From a virus, in the IMG/VR virus record IMGVR_UViG_3300045016_000140, positions 1-64,000 of that record: a stretch of 64,000 nt of DNA; one strand, 5' to 3'. Within the stretch, counting starts at the first letter, position 1; every line of letters begins with the position of its first letter. The position numbers were made by a program, and so were the translations under genes. The notes under the pieces are model-generated. The model was not told the DNA's origin. It saw only the letters and a program-made list of their open reading frames with translations, and did no database searches. Shown piece after piece: positions 58,636 through 64,000 of this stretch.

Positions 58636-60492
58636 ATGAGCTGGGCACTGTTTGATAGAATTCGTGCGTTCGCCAGGCAGGCTGGAGTATATCAGCAAGA
58701 GCGGTTACTGCAAGATCAGACGTCTCTTGAGAGAATGATTGCAAGCGGGCAGTTCTTAAATTTCTCTCAGCAACAATCGTTATTAGACCAGACGAATTTA
58801 CAGATCAATCGCCTAGAGCGGTATAAAGATTACGATCAGATGAGTGAAGTGGGTGAGATTGCTTTATGTCTCGATTTATATGCAGATGAGTCTTCGCTGG
58901 TTGATCCGGAATATAAGCATACAATCATAATCAAGGCAAAGTCTAGGATTATAAAGCGTGAGCTAGAGGATTTGTTCTTCGGCCGATTGCTTATAGACAA
59001 TAATATTCGGGCGATGGTCAGATATCTTTGTAAATACGGTGATGCCCCATTTGAGATTGTACCAAACCATAAGCGAACTGGTGTGGCTTCGCTGAAGTTT
59101 ATGAATGTTTATAACTTTACGCGCATAGAGACCAAGTTCGGCGATCTAGTGGGTTTCTTTTTCCAAGATGAGGTTATGACCGAGCCCACATTTTTACATC
59201 CATGGCAGACGATGCATATGCGGTTATTGAGTTATGAAGATATTTTTGCGCCATATGGAATGTCAATACTTGAAGGTGGCCGCAAGGCCTTTAAGCAGCT
59301 GAGGCTTATGGAAGATGCCGCATTAATTTATCGCATTACGCGCGCCCCGCAGAAGAGAGTGTTTACAATACCCATTGGCCTCATACCCACCAAAGAGGTC
59401 CCGGAGTATCTTCAGACCATTGCTCGTCAGTTTAAGAACATGAGGTTTTATGACCAGAGGACTGGCACCTTCAACGAGAGATTCTCACCATTGATTCAGG
59501 AGGATGATTACTTTTTACCGCAGCGTCCCGATGGTAGTGGTCCGAAGATTGATACATTGCCTGGCGCTGAGAACTTAGACCAGATTGCTGACATTGAATA
59601 TTTTAAGAAGAAGATGATTGCGCCAATGAAGATACCCTTCAATAGAGTTGGGATTGGCGAAGGTGGGGATGATAGCAAGTCGGTGGCCTCGCAAAATTCA
59701 GAATTTGCTAAGGCTGTACAATGGGTGCAGCGAGAGGTGGCGATGGGTTTGACTAAGGTTGCCATCTGCCATCTTGCCATGGCTGGGTTCACTGCCGAAC
59801 AGCTGAAAGAGTTTAGTGTTTTCATGACGGCCACGAATGCTATTGATGAATTATATAGGATGGAAACCTGGAATGGTCGGACTAGGGTTATGGCGGATTT
59901 AAAGGATTTGGGATGGTTCCCGCCAGAGTGGATTGTTAGTAGATTTACCGATCTTAGCCCCGACGAGATTCAGGAGTTAGAATTAGAAACTAAAGAAGGA
60001 GAAGGGGAAGAGGGAGAGGAGATGGGCAAGGGCATGCCGGGGCTTCCCCCAATAAGCGGGCTATTGGAGCCTGATAAAATGGATAAGGTCGAGGGTGATA
60101 AAGAGGGTGGGGATAATATGGATAATGAGGATGGTAAGGGTGGTGAGGGTGGTGGGGGTGATAAGAATGCGCCGAAGCTGGAGATCGCAGATAGTGTCAT
60201 ACCAGGGTATGATCATAATCTCGAGAAACGTGTGATTGTGGAGTCTAAAGGTCTAAATAAATCTGGCAAACTTAATCGCACTCGTGATGAAATATCAGAT
60301 AACATTCCGTATAAATATTTCAGCGTGAATAATGAGTTAGCTGGCTTGCCAATTGGTGAGGGTAAAGAAAGACCATCGTTAATCGACGAAAAAGTAGAAC
60401 AGGAAGTCAAGGAGGAATATAAGAGATTAATGATAAATGATGGAAATGAGGTAGTGGATGATACAATTACATCTAGCGATACTCCATCTTAA
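58636..60492 (+). CDS. Portal protein (gp20-like)
   Basis: LCKYGD, QLRLMEDAALIYRITRAP.KRVF, EDDYFLP.R, IDTLPG..NL..I.DIEYF.KK. Confidence 0.96.
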   Translation: MSWALFDRIRAFARQAGVYQQERLLQDQTSLERMIASGQFLNFSQQQSLLDQTNLQINRLERYKDYDQMSEVGEIALCLDLYADESSLVDPEYKHTIIIKAKSRIIKRELEDLFFGRLLIDNNIRAMVRYLCKYGDAPFEIVPNHKRTGVASLKFMNVYNFTRIETKFGDLVGFFFQDEVMTEPTFLHPWQTMHMRLLSYEDIFAPYGMSILEGGRKAFKQLRLMEDAALIYRITRAPQKRVFTIPIGLIPTKEVPEYLQTIARQFKNMRFYDQRTGTFNERFSPLIQEDDYFLPQRPDGSGPKIDTLPGAENLDQIADIEYFKKKMIAPMKIPFNRVGIGEGGDDSKSVASQNSEFAKAVQWVQREVAMGLTKVAICHLAMAGFTAEQLKEFSVFMTATNAIDELYRMETWNGRTRVMADLKDLGWFPPEWIVSRFTDLSPDEIQELELETKEGEGEEGEEMGKGMPGLPPISGLLEPDKMDKVEGDKEGGDNMDNEDGKGGEGGGGDKNAPKLEIADSVIPGYDHNLEKRVIVESKGLNKSGKLNRTRDEISDNIPYKYFSVNNELAGLPIGEGKERPSLIDEKVEQEVKEEYKRLMINDGNEVVDDTITSSDTPS

Positions 60493-60550
60493 CGATCTAC
60501 AGCAAATATATAGTTAGTGAAAGGTTTTATCTTAACCCTAGGAGCGTGTC

Positions 60551-63500
60551 ATGCGGAATCAAGGGAATGAAGGTCGTCCCGCCACATTTGGTTCTGTGGC
60601 CATGGACAGCCGGAAACTCTTGTCGCTGATTAATTCCTCAGCGCAGAGTCAAGTCAAAATCTTCGAAGAGGCCGTTCAGAAGCTTGGGCAAAGCCAGAAT
60701 GCCGATTGGCGTCTAGTTGCCCTACAGACGAATAAGGTCATATTCGAAGATGTTAAAACTAGTCAATATTACACCGCCGATCATATTCGTGAGAAAGGCG
60801 GTCGCATAAATATTACGAACATTAATAGTATTACCATTACTGACACTGAGAAGGCCCCCATATTTGAAGCAGTATGCCAGCAACTGGTTAATGCCATTGA
60901 AACTGGTGACCCATCACAGATTGAGAAAGTTTATGATAAGATGGCCGCCAACCGCTTTCGTGGCCAAGCGGTTCCGGCGAGTGGATATGTTAGGACTAAG
61001 GATGGGGTAGTGCGCAAAGTCCAGATTAATGAGGGTGTGGTACACCCCAACATATCTGAGCTCGCGCTTAGGATAGTCGAACACATCGTCGATAGAGTGA
61101 ATATCGCCGAAGGTAAGATTGAGGGTTCATTCAGGACTTCCGATATTAACCTGGATATTCCGGAGCTTCTGGTTCGCCGGGCCATAGCCGGAAATATGCG
61201 TAAAGTAGCCCAGAATGCATATATTAATGAGAATTTCCAGAAAATTATTAAGGGTATAGCAGGGTATATTTCGGCTGATAAGCTTGAGAAGGCAGTGGAG
61301 TGCGCAACTGGATTATTGACTGAATCGCAAGAATTCTGCCTGCTTGATCGCGGCCAGATTGGGACATTAATTGGGGATACCTTGGCTGCATGTGGGGTGT
61401 TTAATGAAGCGCTTGCTAATGATGTGGCTACTCTCGTATACAAGACGAATTTGAAAGTCAATCATGCTCTAATCATAGAGGCCTGGAAAAAGACTGCACA
61501 GAAGGCCGCTAATTCGATTATGCTGGAGAATGTCGCAATCCTGGAGGAGTCAAAAGATTTCGAATCTGATTATGACGAGTTCCTCGATGCCATATTTGAG
61601 GGTGCCGAAGATAATCGCAGGCAAGCCGCTTTGAATGGATTGAAGAATTTGCAGAATGAGGTCGCTGACGATCCAAAACTTGCCGAGGAAGTTAACCTTC
61701 TGATTCAAAAACTTGGTGGTAAGAACTCTGATAGTAACGACTTGATGGAAGCCGAGGATTTGTTATCGAAGGTTGCGGCAGATGTTAATACATCCAATAC
61801 GCTGAACGAGTTTGACCAGATGCCTGGTTCTGAGGCTGCGCAAGAGCCGGTTGTTCCGGCTGCTCCATCTCCGGCGGCTCCGGCTTCGATTAGTACCGGT
61901 GCTCCGGGCGGCAGTGTGACCAATATTACTATTAACACTGCTGCTGGCGCTGGCACGGCTGCCGCTCCAGTTGCTCCAGTTGCTCCAGTTGCTCCACCCG
62001 CTCCAGCTGCCCCACCCGCTCCAGTCCTTCCACCCCCTCCTGGAGGTGAGGAGGAGCCGCTTGACCTTGACAAATTATTGAGTGGCGAGGAAGAGTCTGA
62101 GGAAGGCGAGAAAGAGGAAGGCGAGAAAGAAGGGGAAAAGAAAGAGGAGATTCCAGAGTCTAAGGAAAAGATTGGTGAGCCGATGACCGAGGACGTCGAG
62201 AAAGCTCGAGCTTTCTTTGATGCCATCGGCATTGACAAAGATGGATCATTTACGTTTAAAGGTGAGCCAGTCGTAGCTGGATCAATCACTGAAGCCGAAG
62301 ATGATGAACGGGTTGATTCGTCTGAATACCATATTCCAGAGGGATTGGAAGAGTTAGATATTAATCACGAATATGGGCCAGTTTCGGAAGCATCCGTATC
62401 GCCTCAGCAGGTTGCGAGTGCCGCCAAAAACATGAAACAGATAGCTGGCAAATTTGGACGGCGCAATAAACCAACTTTAGCTGATGCCACATTAGCTGCT
62501 AGTGAAGAAATTGAGAAAATCGCCGGGCATGAGACACCTGAACAGAAATCTGCCAAGAAAGACGAGATTATTTCTCAAATTGCTAAAGCCGACGCGGGCA
62601 TCAAGGAAGATCAGCGGAAGACAATCTTTCATCGTAAGATGCGCGGTTTGAAGCGTTCATCGATTTTGGCGCTTTTGAAAGAGGGTAAGTTCAGCTGGCT
62701 CGGCAAATCAGGTGATGGTGTTCTTGGTGAGTTCAAGGGCGTTAGGTTTGTGTTCGATCATGCCGAGCCAGCTGTTTTACTAAGCGAAGACGGCAGCATT
62801 GAGCTAGATATCCCTGCCGAATTAGTTGATGGCGCAAAATATTTCTCTGAAATCTCGGATGATGAAGCCGAAGCTGACGGATTTATTGAATGGCTAGATA
62901 AGAATGTTACGCAATTAGCTCCGATATCCAATGATGAGGCAAAAGCAATCGATGAAGCTGTTGCTGAGTTGACGGTGAATCCTGGTGACGAGGTGCGGAT
63001 CAAAGTTGGGTCAGGTGATGAAACAGCTAGCGTGAAGCCAGTGGTTGAACCTGTAGCTGGGACAGGGTTGGATGCATCACCAAAGCCACCGCCTCCGCCC
63101 GCCACCCCAGCTGAGCAAGAGCCAGCGATAGTTGATGCCAGCCCGCTGCCTGATGATGAAGTTAGTGCGGCCGATATGCCAGCATCTGAACCTGGTGAGA
63201 TAGATCGAGATATCCCGCCTTGGGAGGGTAGTGAGGCTGCCGAGGCCGAGGAGACCGAGGAGGCCGGAGAGGAAGCGGCTGAGGAAGAGGAAGCTGCCGA
63301 GGCCGAGGAGGAAGAGGCCGAGGAGGGAGAAGCCGAGGAGGAAGCTGCTGAGGCCGAGGAGGAGGAGGCTGCCGAGGCTGAGGAGGAAGCTGCCGAGGCT
63401 GAGGAGGAGGCTACCGAGAAAGAGGTAGAGGAATCCAAGGCTGAAGAAATCAAACCGATTATTGAAAAAGAAGAGAAATGCGTGGATATTTGCAAGATCT

Positions 63501-63784
63501 GCGATTGTGACCCATGCAAATGTTGCAAGAAATGCGAATGCCATCCATGCAAATGCTGTGGGAAATGCAAATGTTATCCGTGTGAATGTCCGCAAGAGGG
63601 CAAACTTCCGGCAGCTTTAAAGAAGTACCAATTCAAGAAGGGCAAGGTTGGGAGCGCAGCTGAGAAACCAGCTGAGAAACCAGCTGAGAAACCAGCTGAG
63701 AAACCAACTGAGAAACCAGCTGAGAAACCAGCCAAGAAACCAGCTGGGAAACCAGCCAAGAAACCAGCTGAGAAACCAGCCTAG
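60551..63784 (+). CDS. Large acidic head-associated / scaffold-like protein with Pro-, Glu/Ala-, Cys- and AEKP-rich tracts
   Basis: Directly after portal; AGGAG SD; CAAATATA motif; acidic low-complexity composition. Confidence 0.65.
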   Translation: MRNQGNEGRPATFGSVAMDSRKLLSLINSSAQSQVKIFEEAVQKLGQSQNADWRLVALQTNKVIFEDVKTSQYYTADHIREKGGRINITNINSITITDTEKAPIFEAVCQQLVNAIETGDPSQIEKVYDKMAANRFRGQAVPASGYVRTKDGVVRKVQINEGVVHPNISELALRIVEHIVDRVNIAEGKIEGSFRTSDINLDIPELLVRRAIAGNMRKVAQNAYINENFQKIIKGIAGYISADKLEKAVECATGLLTESQEFCLLDRGQIGTLIGDTLAACGVFNEALANDVATLVYKTNLKVNHALIIEAWKKTAQKAANSIMLENVAILEESKDFESDYDEFLDAIFEGAEDNRRQAALNGLKNLQNEVADDPKLAEEVNLLIQKLGGKNSDSNDLMEAEDLLSKVAADVNTSNTLNEFDQMPGSEAAQEPVVPAAPSPAAPASISTGAPGGSVTNITINTAAGAGTAAAPVAPVAPVAPPAPAAPPAPVLPPPPGGEEEPLDLDKLLSGEEESEEGEKEEGEKEGEKKEEIPESKEKIGEPMTEDVEKARAFFDAIGIDKDGSFTFKGEPVVAGSITEAEDDERVDSSEYHIPEGLEELDINHEYGPVSEASVSPQQVASAAKNMKQIAGKFGRRNKPTLADATLAASEEIEKIAGHETPEQKSAKKDEIISQIAKADAGIKEDQRKTIFHRKMRGLKRSSILALLKEGKFSWLGKSGDGVLGEFKGVRFVFDHAEPAVLLSEDGSIELDIPAELVDGAKYFSEISDDEAEADGFIEWLDKNVTQLAPISNDEAKAIDEAVAELTVNPGDEVRIKVGSGDETASVKPVVEPVAGTGLDASPKPPPPPATPAEQEPAIVDASPLPDDEVSAADMPASEPGEIDRDIPPWEGSEAAEAEETEEAGEEAAEEEEAAEAEEEEAEEGEAEEEAAEAEEEEAAEAEEEAAEAEEEATEKEVEESKAEEIKPIIEKEEKCVDICKICDCDPCKCCKKCECHPCKCCGKCKCYPCECPQEGKLPAALKKYQFKKGKVGSAAEKPAEKPAEKPAEKPTEKPAEKPAKKPAGKPAKKPAEKPA
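63659..63781 (+). repeat. 12-bp coding repeat (gctgagaaacca, ~10 copies; AEKP)
   Basis: Directly visible. Confidence 0.95.
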
Positions 63785-64000
63785 AAGACAGCTAAGATTA
63801 AAAATCCAGCAACTTATGGCTTCCAGTGATACGCCTGTATTGTGTCGGTATATTGATCCTGGAGATTTTTGATCGTGGAAGCCAGTGACACTGACAAAAT
63901 CATGACTTCTTCGCTCTTCGACAATATCGCTCGCGACATGAAAATTGTGCGCATTGGCGCAACCGACGCATGCGCCCGCACTGACGCATGGCAAGACTTG

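Noticed and set aside
61705-63994. Several long antisense or alternate-frame ORFs (61705-62289, 62758-63570, 63617-63994)
   Set aside because: Shadows of low-complexity repeats in the 1077-aa gene.
1-64000. Stop-codon reassignment (code 15 or 4)
   Set aside because: Conserved genes are intact in code 11, and TAG/TGA end genes at expected positions.

Overview
A gene-dense 64 kb segment of a large contractile-tailed (T4-like, probably jumbo) dsDNA phage genome using the standard genetic code. The tail and baseplate module has a sheath, three tube-like paralogues, a gp26-like chaperone, tape measure, gp53, a gp5/VgrG spike, gp25 and gp6. Head genes include terminase, portal and a large acidic scaffold-like protein. 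Replication and recombination genes include gp46/gp47, a DinG-type helicase, a UvsW-type helicase and a primase. There are two or three sigma-factor-like genes and many accessory genes. Main observations: (1) a PurZ-type (2-aminoadenine, Z-base) synthetase, with no datZ/mazZ/dpoZ recognisable in the window; (2) a ~29-aa module shared by PurZ and the unrelated baseplate spike; (3) two homing-endonuclease-like genes fused to a Mom-like GNAT domain; (4) a minimal split ThDP enzyme + radical SAM + glycosyltransferase cluster plus rmlB, near a ~250-residue poly-Ser protein; (5) a frameshifted gene with nine 26-aa variable repeats, flanked by remnants of itself; (6) two recurrent upstream motifs (YAAAnnTA and GTATT), often 12-15 nt before ATG with no Shine-Dalgarno; (7) candidate recoding signals (UUU_CGA +1 site, ACG start). 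All calls come from reading motifs by eye against remembered family signatures; no database searches were run. No tRNA, rRNA or CRISPR array was recognised.
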